Below, in pieces: positions 12,106 to 23,599 of a stretch of 64,000 nucleotides of DNA (positions are counted from its first letter, which is position 1; each line of letters opens with the position of its first letter). Position numbers and translations under genes: made by a program. Source of the DNA: Nageia nagi. Its lineage: Eukaryota > Plantae > Pinophyta. The notes below the pieces were generated by a model. It was not told the DNA's origin and made no database searches. It saw nothing but the letters and a program-made list of their open reading frames with translations. Where the stretch lies: the NCBI GenBank assembly GCA_050084985.1, contig JBITNC010000002.1:16740001-16804000 (forward strand). The letters run 5' to 3'.

Positions 12106-15100
12106 AGCACTAAGATTCAACCATCAACACAAAGTCCATAGTGAATATCCATTATAGATGGGATCAATTAAATAGACAAGTCATTCTCCATGCATATGAT
12201 GCAACTAGTGTTTATATGGGTATGACAGACTCTCTAAATATAGCAAATCATACTACCTAATGGCTTTATGCTAACACAAGGAGTTAGTGGAATAAAATTT
12301 CAATCAACACTCTTGATATTTTCTATAAAAATATATAAATACATTACAACATTAAATGGTTGAACAATTTGCTAAGAAACTTAGACAAAAAAGTAGCTCA
12401 ATATGAGTGGAAATATTTAGCCTAGAGAAGGTCTAATCAAATAAACCATGATTTTTATTCTTTTAAATATCTACTTTGACCAAATTTTGAAAGAAATATG
12501 GAGACAAATATAAGGTTAGACTAAAGATATTCCCATGATCCTTCATGATTAAATCTTGATTTCTTAGCAAAAGTTAATATTTGACTCAATAATGATTACA
12601 TAAGCCACTCTTACAATTGGCTATTGGACCATCATATTTTTTTCATACTTTCTTTCCTATGATGTTTGTTATTTATGAGAGTGCAGTTCTACTTATGTGC
12701 AAGATTGAACTACAATATCGTGTTATTTATTACCTTATTAATTTAAGTTTTTTTGCATGGCTTATATTGACCTATAGTTTTTATGTGTTGTTTTATATCC
12801 TAGAAATTAACATATTCCCGTAAATGGCTTCTATGGTTTCCTTTGTATGCATTATTTAATCAATTGCTTGTGATTTTCTATTTATTCATTACCATTATTA
12901 ATTTAAATAATATTATTCCTTTCATTATAGTATCTATATGTATAAATCTACATAAATATTTAGGTCCTTTAGGTCAATAGGCTACTAATAGGTCCTTAAG
13001 TATAGGTACCAAATGTCCCCATGACATACAAAAAATATGTACCGAAGATATTTCCAATTTGGGAACATCTGAGGGGATGCCCAAGAATACCTAGTATAAT
13101 AAGGGAAAAGCTCTTCCATTCTATATCATCTCAAATTCACGTATCCATCCACAAGATATTTAGGAAATGTCCATGGTCCTATGTTCCACAAGTACTTGAA
13201 TCCACCCTTCAAGATATCGATTCTTCAAACCCAACATTTTGGGTCCTTACAGATAGGTATCCATGTGATATACCAAAAGCATGTATTGAAAATGTTTCTA
13301 TTTTGGGTACATCTAAGGGGACACCCAATCATACATAGGATGATAGAGGATAGGCATTCCTATTCCATATCATCTTGGGTACACCTAGTTATCCTCAAGA
13401 TAGCCATGAAATGCCTTGGTGTCTCTTGACCATCTCAAGAATGGCCAAGCGTCCATCCAAAAATGGGAAGACCAATAAGTTAAAAATCAAAACAAAAATT
13501 AAAATGAATAAAAATACAGAATTTTATGAGGGAGTGGGATACCCCCTCCTTTGCACACCCTAACCATAAAACACAACACTAAAACCCTATAAATGAAAAA
13601 CAAGAATAAAATAAAAAGAGAACCTTTAAGTGAAACACACACTATAATTGTTATTTCCATTTGGAGGCTATATTTTGGAGAAATTGAAGCTTAGTTAAGA
13701 ATAAAATAAAAAGAGAACTTGAAATGAAACACAAATTGTAATTATTATTTGTCATTTGAAGTTCTCAATTTGGAGATTGGAGTTTGGAGAACTTGGAGCT
13801 CAATTAAGCATAACTATTTTAAGATTTTGGATTGGAGAAAGGGGCAACAGTTATAGTTAGGAACAAGTTTGAGGTAGGATAAAATGGCAACAACTTTCTA
13901 ATTTCTATAATGTTTACTTTCGAGTTTATTGATAATGGTCTTGTCAATAACATTTCCCTATGAAGAAACATTAAAAATTTTTTTTAATACCATGATATTT
14001 GCAAAATTTAGTGAAGCCTTTTAAGGTAAGTTCACCTTCATTATCAATTATGAGAATTTTGATCACCTTATTGCTTTCATTCTTAGCTTTTGCTTTGAAT
14101 TCTTTGAATGCATCAAAAGCTTGAGACTTGTACATGAGAAAATAGATACAAATATGCCTTGAGAAATCATCAATGAATATGATGAAATACTTTGTACCAC
14201 CAAGAGATGTGATCTCCATTAGGTGACACAAATTAGAGTGTACCAACTTTAAGTTTGATTTAGCTCTCCAAGCTTTATCCTTCTCAAACTTGTCTCTATG
14301 TTTCTTTCCCATGATGCAAGCTTCACATCTATATAATACTTCAAATCATGCATAATATTCAACCTATTCATATCTATATAATACTTCAAATGAACTACGT
14401 ACCCATGTTATACTTGGTCTTTTGATGATCCTTCAAAAATAAAAGCTTAGTTCGAACTCACAGAGGTCATATCATGTATCAAACTTAGGACTTAGGAAAA
14501 AAAATAACTGAACTCAATAAAGAACATTGAAAACATAAGTTTTTTCAACTGAATCTTACTTATTATTATTATTAATGTCTTCTAGAAGCCTACTTACTCA
14601 ACATAAATATTATACAATATACACAATTACAAATAAGAAATGGTGAATAGGAAAAGGCATATGTTTGTATTCATTAAAATGTTAATACTTCACAATACAA
14701 AATGTGCCTATGATAGTAGCAAAATACAAAATCACATAATTTATAATGGTTGTAAACTTTAATTTTTTATTTTACTTTTCCATTTTATCCTAATATATAA
14801 ACTATAAGTGCCCTTTGTTCTTGAGATATGGAACTAGATCCAATTGCCTCTTCTTGTGCCTTTCGATCTTCATGCCCCTTTGTTGTTGACTCCTTTACTA
14901 GATTTTCAAGATCCTCAAAAAGAACATTTGTTCTAATGGAGAGAAATTGTGTTTTTTAGCTGTAAAATTCCTCTTACTCTCTCTCCCTTCTCTTAGTAGT
15001 TACAAAGTGGAAAATGACAAATAGGAGGGGTTATTTCATTTTTATGTTACTTTTTTCAAATTTTGATTTGCTAAAGTTGGTGAATCCTGATGTTAGGTCT

Positions 15101-16233
15101 CACCAAACTCACCCAAACTTAGAACTCAACCAAACTTGGAAATTCCATCAAGTCTTAGTGGAATTGACATGCTAAAGTCTACTCAATACTCGAACTTATG
15201 AGTTTGGATAATTCTTGATGATTTTGACTACATTGAAAAGTTTATATAGGTCAGACTCATGGCCTACATCAATTAAATTATTTTGACTATATTCTATATT
15301 GTACATTTACCTTTTCTAAAACATATTTTTGATGTTTTACTAACCCATCCAACTAATTGAAATCATTTTTTCTTTATTCCAAGTAAATATTAAATATTAT
15401 TCATGATTAAGCATTTTTATGGAATCTTTTGCAACACCTTTCACTTGCAATGTTGAATTATTATTAAAGGTGAAATTTCTTCCTTCCATCACTTGGATGT
15501 CATTAAGCTAGTCTTCTTTTCTCATCATGTACATTATAGTACCAAATTCGATGTACCACACTTGGTCATTATCATTATGCTTTAATTGGTATGCAATAAT
15601 GAATATATGGCCATCCTATTTGGATGCGTAATGGTCACCTTGTTGCTTCTAGTTATCAACTTTGCCTCTTTCCAATCCTTTGATATATAGCCTATCTTGC
15701 CACAACAAAAATAAGTGACAACATTTTGATTTTGAGGTTTTTTTTTATTGCAAAGTTCCAAAACCTTTTTCACAAAACATTTCTTTTGCTTGAACTTCTT
15801 AAACTATGTTGTATAATATCTAGAAGAATATTTAACTTCATCGTTCAAGAGAAGTTGTTCATGTTGCAACAAAATTCCTTCAATTCATTGAATGTGAGGG
15901 TATCACCTTTTCCACTATGCATAAGACCTATGATTAAACTTTAATAATCTTTTCTCAAAATGTTGAAGATGGTTGAAACTAGCTCTTTGTTAATGATTAT
16001 TTCACCAAGTGACTTCAACTAGTTTATGATTCCCTTGATGGATTGCATGTGTTCTACTATTGTACTGCTTAGATTCAAACTATAAAGTTATTTTAGTCTG
16101 AGAATACATGCTTCATTTTTGTGCTTATACAAAACCAAGATGGAATCCCGTGCTTTCTTGAAAGCAGTGGCATTTACCAAATTTTCACTAATGTCAATTG
16201 ATTGATAAATTAATTAAGCCATAATTAACACAT
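12106..16233 (+). repeat. Direct segmental duplicate of CFM9 intron-3 DNA (38381-41536 joined to 46684-49001), including copia integrase/gag remnants on the minus strand
   Basis: Colinear match by eye, about 88% identity in the first ~205 bp. The internal junction at 13965 joins source positions 41536 and 46684. Confidence 0.93.
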
Positions 16234-16239
16234 CGAATA

Positions 16240-16733
16240 TCCATGGACTAGGCCACTATAGTGGTGTGGTTAAGCATTCATTTGAGTGTCACTAGTATTG
16301 GAGTAGGATGAGTAAGATAATATAGATTGAATGGTAATTGGTCATTCCCATTGGGTTGTTCTCTAGGATCCCATGCCTAGAACTATGATTAAGCCATAAG
16401 GCCAATGTACCTCATGGTAACCAAGGAAGGTGTTGTATAGAAACATTCTTCCATCAGCTTTTCTAATGGAATAATATTTCCAAATTATGTCTTTTTTAAG
16501 TAATTATTAGTTGATAATTTTAAGCTATTTCTTTATAGTTTAAGGTTGTGATGAATAGTTGCCTCCTTATATCCTTTAACGATGGTTTATATGACCATTG
16601 CAGGCACTTATTAACCGCCACTATAGGGAGTCAAATTTTAGTGATGGGCTCATAGGTGATGAAAAAATAACTACATATAAAGGGATTTAGGGGCTATTAT
16701 AAACTACCATCAAAGTTTAGTTTTGGTCTAGTG
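16240..16733. mobile_element. Possible CACTA-type terminal remnant
   Basis: Ends ...TTTTGGTCTAGTG (reverse complement CACTAG...). Subterminal-like motifs TTAACCGCCACTA, TTTAACGATGGTTT and AAACTACCATCAAA. No matching left TIR or TSD confirmed. Confidence 0.3.
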
Positions 16734-16849
16734 TATTTACAATATCAGAATATATAAAATAAGATAGAAGAGTAGAAAAAAAATTCCTTGACTCTTTACA
16801 AGATTCAGTTAGCCTTAGATAAGAGCCTATTTATAGAAATAGTTTATTA

Positions 16850-17545
16850 CAAGATAGGTGAAGATGCATGGAATGCCTTAAAGGAGAGTTACCAAGGGTG
16901 TGACCAAGCCAAGGAGGTCAAATTGTAAACTCTAAGGAGAGAGATTATGAATATAGAAATGTAAGAGGATAGGAATATTGGTGACATTATACGAGGGTTA
17001 AGACTTTTATCAATAAAATAATAACTCTTGAAGAGAAAATACAAAAGGAAGTCATTATTGAAAAGGTTTTGAGAACTCTCATCCTAAGGTAGAGTCATGT
17101 GACCATTATCATTGACGAGAGTAAGGACTTATCCACTCTGGATTTTGATAATTTAATTGGGTTTCTTACACCTCATGAGGAGATATAAAAAGTAACTATT
17201 AGTAGTGTTGATCAAAAGGTATTTTCTTTCAAAGTCATAACTTAAATAAGGTGATAAAGTAAGTTCTAATGGTCACATATAAGCATATCGCTAATAAAGA
17301 TATTAAACTAATAATTCTTCAAGAAGAAGAGGAGGTGAAAGAGGTAGAGAAACTTATATAGGAAGAGGTAAAGTTTATAAAAGGAATACCCAATGCTATC
17401 ATTTAGTAGGTATGCATATTTTAAAATGGAATGTAAGTTAAAGGTTATTAATAAATGGAATAAAGCTAACAATGAGAATGAGGCTTCTACTAGCAACTTA
17501 TTCTTATCATATAATAAAGAAGATAAAAATATTCAAGAGACTTGA
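16850..17545 (+). mobile_element. Decayed copia gag (UBN2-type) to protease-start fragment
   Basis: Hand translation gives AWNALKESYQGCDQAKEVKL*TLRRDY, then EKVLRTL and IDESKDLSTL. Confidence 0.8.
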
Positions 17546-17599
17546 ATTATTTATTTACAATGTTTTATTTTTTTTATCCTAGTTTCAAAGCCTTCCATA

Positions 17600-18290
17600 T
17601 TTACACTTATTTTCTAGACTATAGAAGGTTTTTTAATATTTAAGTATTTATATGAGGAACTATCTCTAAGCATTGGTTATTAAAGAGGATTGTAGGGTTT
17701 TCTACCTTTTTTTAATTTAATGATCATCTACATTAACTATTAATATAGATACATTGTAACATATTTGAAGGATATTTAATTATTTTAAAAGATCATCATA
17801 CTATTTAGCTAACAAAATCATATCATTTCCATAAAGGAGAAGAACAATAACAAGGTTATTTCTAGTTGGTTTATATAAATATCAAAAAGAGTTGGGGAAA
17901 TTCGAAAACCTTGTTTAACTCTAATATTTCAACTAATTTCCTTGAACCATCATTGATTAGCTTTAGGGTTGGCAATAAATTGTTCATGAAGTCTATAAAT
18001 AACAAATCTTAGTTCAAAAGGTAAATATAAATTAGCCATATACTTTAAGTGTTTATCCATAGGGACAGTATCAAATACTTTTTTAAAATCTACAAAGCAA
18101 GCGAATAAATCTTCTTGATCATTTCAATAGTTTTCAACAATAACTTGAAAGTGAAAAGGTTATCAATTGTTGAATGTTTGATCCTAAAATCGACTTGTCC
18201 TTTAGCGCTTAGATTATTTTCACCAAGCCAAATATTAATTTTATTTTCTATAATACTACCATAAAGTTTGGCAAAAAGAGGAAATATTAT
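17600..18290 (-). mobile_element. LINE reverse-transcriptase fragment
   Basis: ORF 18090-18362 has FAKLYGSIIENKINIWL...KGQVDFRIKHSTIDNLFTF, followed (after a frameshift) by DFKKVFDTVP, a non-LTR RT motif. Confidence 0.8.
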
Positions 18291-18908
18291 GCCGAGAGGT
18301 GTAACTACAATTGCAACATGGAGGAGTGGGAGAGCTAATGTCGCATGTGTGTCCATCAACAATATGTCAAGTTATATTTAAAAAATAATTTGAACAAAAA
18401 ATAATCTACTAATAAAAAATATATATAAAAAAATAGTTGGCTAATAAAAATTATATCTACATAACTATATAAATAAAAAATAAATTTGTTTACTCACACA
18501 AAATAGAAATAATTCCCATAAAAATAATTCTCACATTAGATAATTCGAATAGAAATTTACAAATAATTCAATAGGCTCGAGAATGATATCTCTCGATATT
18601 TTTGATACATAAGGGTTATATCAAATCTAGTCATAATAGTCCTATAATTTAAAGGGTTACTTTTGTCTCCAATTTTATAAATAGGAACAATTGAACTAAG
18701 AGTCCATTGCTTAAGAAATTCTTTATTGAGAAAAATGTTGAGAAGGATTCAAATATGAAGAGCAATGATAAAGCTATCAATCTTCAAAAACATTGCTTGA
18801 TAATCTTAGATGTTTTTATCACCTTAACTTTTTTACTTGATAACCTTTTAATTCCATATGTAAAATCATTTATTTTTAATCTAGAATCTGATCGTACTTT
18901 CAATTCTA

Positions 18909-20160
18909 ATGTAAAATCAATAATTTCTCATTTTTTATACTATCAAGCCATTTTGAGATGAAGCTAGTTCAAATGTCGTGCAACCAAAAGTTTGTACACC
19001 ACAATTTCTATGGAATACTTACAATAATCCATCCTAATTTAATTTATTTGATCAGTATTAACTATTAAGCAATAAAACAAGCTAATTGTACACCACAAGC
19101 AATTCATTCTTTTTATGTTCAAGCCACTAACAAAGAAGATAATCATTTCAACTACGTCAGTCAAGTGAGAAACTCAAAGGAGACAAATGGACCAAACATG
19201 TTGTTGATTTTGACAATGTTTTCGAGTTACCTACTGAGTCCCTCTTCATTCAAAGGTAAAACACGTTAATGGAAAAAGCACAAAACAATTCTCATGAGTA
19301 TATGTGACAAACAAACTATTGAATTGCTTTGAGTATCTCAATTGTTTTCTTAGGGTTTGCATGTTCTCTTGCCTTTTCAACCTTTATATCGTGAATTTGT
19401 CTGAAAAATTTTGCAGGACTAGCAATTGGTTTGCATTTATTGTAGTTTATCTAGTTCCTTCTGCCTTGGGGAATTTTTTTTTATTTATAACGGTTGTACA
19501 ACAAGCAATTGCAGAAAGTTTTGTTGCTAGCATTGTTGGCAATGAATATGGTTAAAAAAAATTTCCAAAGGTAATAATTCTCGCAAAAGCTCATTGATGT
19601 TCTTTTCCATTAAAGAAGTTTGAAAATGCTTGTAAGTGGCTTGAGAATTATAAATTCCTAGAATATTTTGTTAGCATAATCCCCAACAATATGATGCTTT
19701 ATAGTTCAATTTAGCATGCTTGGCAATCGCATAACATCAATCAACACGTTTGAAGAGGGACTCAGTAGGTAACTTGAAGACATTGTCAAAATCAACATGT
19801 TTGGTCCATTTGTCTCCTTTGAGTTTCTCACTTGACTGATGTAGTTGAAATGATTATCTTCTTTGTTAGTAGCTTGAACATAAAAAGAATGGATTGCTTG
19901 TGGTGTACAATTAGCTTGTTCTATTGCTTAATAGTTAATATTGATCAAATAAATTAAATTAAGATGGATTATTGTAAGTATTCTATAGAAATGTGTTTCA
20001 ATGGTAATGATATTTTTGTCTCCATGGTATATGTTATAGTTTTGCCACATGAATGGCTATCTCAAATGACATCACAAACTTTTGGTTGCACCACATCTGA
20101 ACTAGCTTCATCTCAAAATGGCTTTGATAGCATAAAAAATGAGAAATTGTTGATTGACAT
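18909..20160. repeat. Long inverted repeat: arms 18909-19248 and 19751-20160, ~500-bp spacer
   Basis: The right arm is the reverse complement of the left (e.g. GAGTTACCTACTGAGTCCCTCTTCA vs TGAAGAGGGACTCAGTAGGTAACTT). Identity is above 90% by eye. The right arm has an extra ~80 bp at ~19993-20073. Confidence 0.95.
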
Positions 20161-20175
20161 AAAATCTCCCTAATG

Positions 20176-20432
20176 TTGACTAGGAGCGAATGTAATCCGC
20201 AAAAATCAGGATGGTCTAATGTTGCGTGTGATCGAGGAAACTCATTTCACGAGTGGATTTGAAAACCATTTCAAAAAGACCAATGAAATTCTCGAAATGT
20301 GCATGGAATTTTACTCTCGCACTCCGACTTCTGCATTCACAAATGGATAACATTCGATTCGACCAAAGTTTCCACCCAGTCAGTCTGCACTCGAATTTTA
20401 TTTTATTTTGTCAACGTGTACTATAATAAATA
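20176..20432 (+). promoter_or_regulatory. Proximal promoter of the RLP: W-box and TATA-like element
   Basis: TTGACT at 20176-20181 (also 19832-19837, and AGTCAA at 19159-19164, inside the IR arms). TATAATAAATA at 20422-20432, ~40 bp before the first ATG. These are motif matches only. Confidence 0.45.
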
Positions 20433-20469
20433 ATACTGGCATTGGGCTTCGCTATGATCATCTTCCTCA

Positions 20470-22989
20470 ATGCCCCTTCTTCATTTCTTCCTCCCAATCC
20501 CAATGGCCACCGTTTCAAATCCCCTCCTCAATATCATTGCAGGATTGTGTTTTCTTGTTTTGGTTCCCAACCCATTTCTCTGCGTGACCCTGGCATATCA
20601 TCCTCACGAATCTGAAGCCCTTCTCTCCCTCAAAGCTGCCATCAACAATTCCCACCATGCGATCATGAGATCGTGGGTGAACGGACCAGACTGTTGCAAG
20701 TGGGATGGTATACTCTGCGATAATCACACCAGCAGTGTGGTTGAGGTTCGTGTGAGTGGAGGTTTCACAGTGGCGTCTTATTTGAATCAGGAGACCATGC
20801 AGGGAGTTGTCATCCCTGATAGCTTGTGCCGCCTTCGTTTTCTCAACTTCTTGGACTTAAGTGAAAATCGATTATCAGGTTCGATACCCCTTTGCTTGGG
20901 AAATCTTTCTAATCTTCAGCATTTGGATTTAGATGGAAATGAGTTGAGTGGGAAAATTGCCCCTGCCATTTGTATGCTTCACAATCTTAGCGTTCTTTAT
21001 CTCACCCTTAACAAACTGAATGGCAGCATACCGTCCTGCCTAGGTAATCTTTCTCACTTAACAGAACTTGTCCTTGATTTTAATCAGTTTAGTGGAACCA
21101 TACCATCTTCATTAGGGAGCCTGCCTTCTCTGCGTTACCTTTCTCTTCGGGGCAATGAACTGAGCGGTAAGGTTCCAGACATTTTAGGCAACCTTTCTCT
21201 ACTTTCCATTTTAGATCTTTCCTCAAACCAACTGAGTGGGACACTTCCTTTTTCATTTGCTGGGCTCCACTCTCTTACTACCCTGTATGCCGACACTAAC
21301 GCATTTAATGAGACTATTTCTTCCTCGGCATTGCCATCCTCTTTGGAAGTTCTTTCGCTCTCCTTCAACCACAACCAGACAATCTCAGAAACTTTCTTTC
21401 GTAACAGCACCAAATTACAGGACTTGTATCTATCCAATTGTGTGCTAAACCTGAGCACAACGTGGACTCCCCCCTTTCAGTTGTACAGCTTACATTTGGT
21501 GTCATGTAATATTGAAGATGAAATTCCACTCTGGATTTCATCCCAGCTCTTACTTGAGGATTTAACATTAGCTCAAAACAATCTTGTTGGAGAGATTCCT
21601 ACCTGGTTATGGGACAATGGCAGCACCTTGAGAAACATAAATCTCACAGCAAATCATCTACAAGGTGGTCTTGTTGCTAATAGTGAAACGTGGATGCAGA
21701 TCCTATCTTTGGACTTGTCGAGCAATGCGTTGGGTGGACACTTGCCATCAATGTGGTCTTATAACATAACAACATTGTTGCTCAATGATAATCTGTTTAC
21801 AGGCACTATTCCTCCAAGTTTGGGCGGTTTGTCTCAACTTTCAATATTAGATATTGCAAACAACAATTTAAGTGGAATCATCCCTTCGAGTTTGGCCAAT
21901 TGCTCCGGGCTTCAAATTTTACATCTGGGAAACAATAGTTTGAAGGGAAGGATACCCGAAGGGCTTGGCAAGCTAAGCGAACTCCATTCATTTGTGGTTC
22001 GCGATAATAATTTGAAGGGATCATTCCCTCACTCTTTCACCAACTGTACAAATTTGCAAGTTTTAGATATTGGGGACAATTCATTCAATGGCCACATTCC
22101 AAAGACAATTGCAAATCTTTCATTACTGAAAGTCCTAGTGATGCAGGGGAATGATTTTGAAGGCAATATTCCAACAGAAATTGGACAACTTACGAACCTC
22201 CAGATCTTGCAGCTTTCTTCCAATCATATATCAGGTGCTATACCCCACACCATTGTATCTTTGCAAGCAATGGCTATAGCTAAAGAAGATGGTTTTAAGC
22301 TGTCCCATACAAGTTCATCCATCATGCGTGGTGCGTTTTATATGCAGATGTATTATGATGATATGTATTTAACTGCTAAAAGCAGATATGAGCATTACCC
22401 ATATATACTTTCCACTTTCAGATTGATAGATCTCTCCAACAATAAATTGAATGGAACAGTTCCTTCAGATTTGGGAAAACTAAAAGGGTTAAGGTCTCTG
22501 AATCTATCGAGGAATAATCTACATGGGACTATTCCCAGGAGTTTGGGAGAATTACATGAGCTAGATTCATTAGATCTTTCTATGAACCGGTTCTACGGAG
22601 CAATTCCTTGGGAGCTTGAATCTCTCAGCTACTTGGGCACATTAAATTTGTCCAACAACAATCTTTCGGGGATTATACCCCAAGGGGGAAAGCTGGAAAC
22701 ATTTCCCAAGTCATCATTCTTGGGGAATCAAGACATAAGTGGATGTCCTCTTCCAAAGAACTGTTCCTGGCCAGAATTTACTTCTCAACATCCTACTCCA
22801 TATAACAACAATAGAAACAAGACCACTAAAATTCCATGGTATGAGATTGCAATAGGACTGTCGTGTGGAGCAAGCTTTGGGGGCACAATATCATTGATTA
22901 TTTTATCAAGGTGGAGGAGAAGATACTTTGAAAATGTTGATAGGTTTTTGAAGCATTTGTTTCCTTGGCTGGAGAATTTGACAGTCTGA
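20470..22989 (+). CDS. Leucine-rich-repeat receptor-like protein (LRR-RLP), intronless, 839 aa
   Basis: Signal peptide, LRRNT (W..GPDCCKWDGILC), ~20 plant LRRs (LxxLxLxxNxLsGxIP), island domain, 4 further LRRs, GNQDISGCPLPKNC cap, TM with GxxxGxxxG and a short basic tail; no kinase. The start may be the second ATG at 20503. Confidence 0.96.
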   Translation: MPLLHFFLPIPMATVSNPLLNIIAGLCFLVLVPNPFLCVTLAYHPHESEALLSLKAAINNSHHAIMRSWVNGPDCCKWDGILCDNHTSSVVEVRVSGGFTVASYLNQETMQGVVIPDSLCRLRFLNFLDLSENRLSGSIPLCLGNLSNLQHLDLDGNELSGKIAPAICMLHNLSVLYLTLNKLNGSIPSCLGNLSHLTELVLDFNQFSGTIPSSLGSLPSLRYLSLRGNELSGKVPDILGNLSLLSILDLSSNQLSGTLPFSFAGLHSLTTLYADTNAFNETISSSALPSSLEVLSLSFNHNQTISETFFRNSTKLQDLYLSNCVLNLSTTWTPPFQLYSLHLVSCNIEDEIPLWISSQLLLEDLTLAQNNLVGEIPTWLWDNGSTLRNINLTANHLQGGLVANSETWMQILSLDLSSNALGGHLPSMWSYNITTLLLNDNLFTGTIPPSLGGLSQLSILDIANNNLSGIIPSSLANCSGLQILHLGNNSLKGRIPEGLGKLSELHSFVVRDNNLKGSFPHSFTNCTNLQVLDIGDNSFNGHIPKTIANLSLLKVLVMQGNDFEGNIPTEIGQLTNLQILQLSSNHISGAIPHTIVSLQAMAIAKEDGFKLSHTSSSIMRGAFYMQMYYDDMYLTAKSRYEHYPYILSTFRLIDLSNNKLNGTVPSDLGKLKGLRSLNLSRNNLHGTIPRSLGELHELDSLDLSMNRFYGAIPWELESLSYLGTLNLSNNNLSGIIPQGGKLETFPKSSFLGNQDISGCPLPKNCSWPEFTSQHPTPYNNNRNKTTKIPWYEIAIGLSCGASFGGTISLIILSRWRRRYFENVDRFLKHLFPWLENLTV

Positions 22990-23599
22990 AAGATGTTTAT
23001 GCTCTTCAAATGTAAAAGGTGACATGAAAAAGAAAGATCGTGTTTCCGAGGGGATTTTAGAACTTTGGTGCTTTGTACTAGGATGTCGTAATATAGCAGC
23101 TTTCTTTCTTTTAAATATATATATTAATGCTTTTATTAGCATCAATAACCATGCATAAAGATCTGAATAAGTTTTGAAAGCAATTTTTTAGATGTCATCA
23201 TTTTTCATTTGAACTTGATGATATTCAATTTTCAAATCTAATTTGGTAACAAATTTAGCATGTTTCGGTTGGTCAAGAAAATTGTTAATTCATGTAGTAG
23301 TTAATGATTCTTGATATTGAATTTTTAGAGCTCTACAATAAATACACATTCATCTAGTTTCATCTTTATTGGAGACCAAGATTATTAGAGATCATGGTTA
23401 TGATGCACGAGGTTTGACAAACCCTTGATCTAATAAATATTGTACTTTCATTTTACTTCATCAAATTCCAAATTTGATTATTAATACAGCCCTATGTTAG
23501 GTATTGTTGAGTCTGCCAATAATTAAATCTCATGCTCAACTTGTCTCTAGGTGTTAGGCCCTGCGATGAGTGCATAACTTTTCAAAAGCCATGAAGTAG

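Noticed and set aside
20515-23145. Short alternative-frame and antisense ORFs over the RLP
   Set aside because: By-products of LRR codon periodicity with no independent coding signal.
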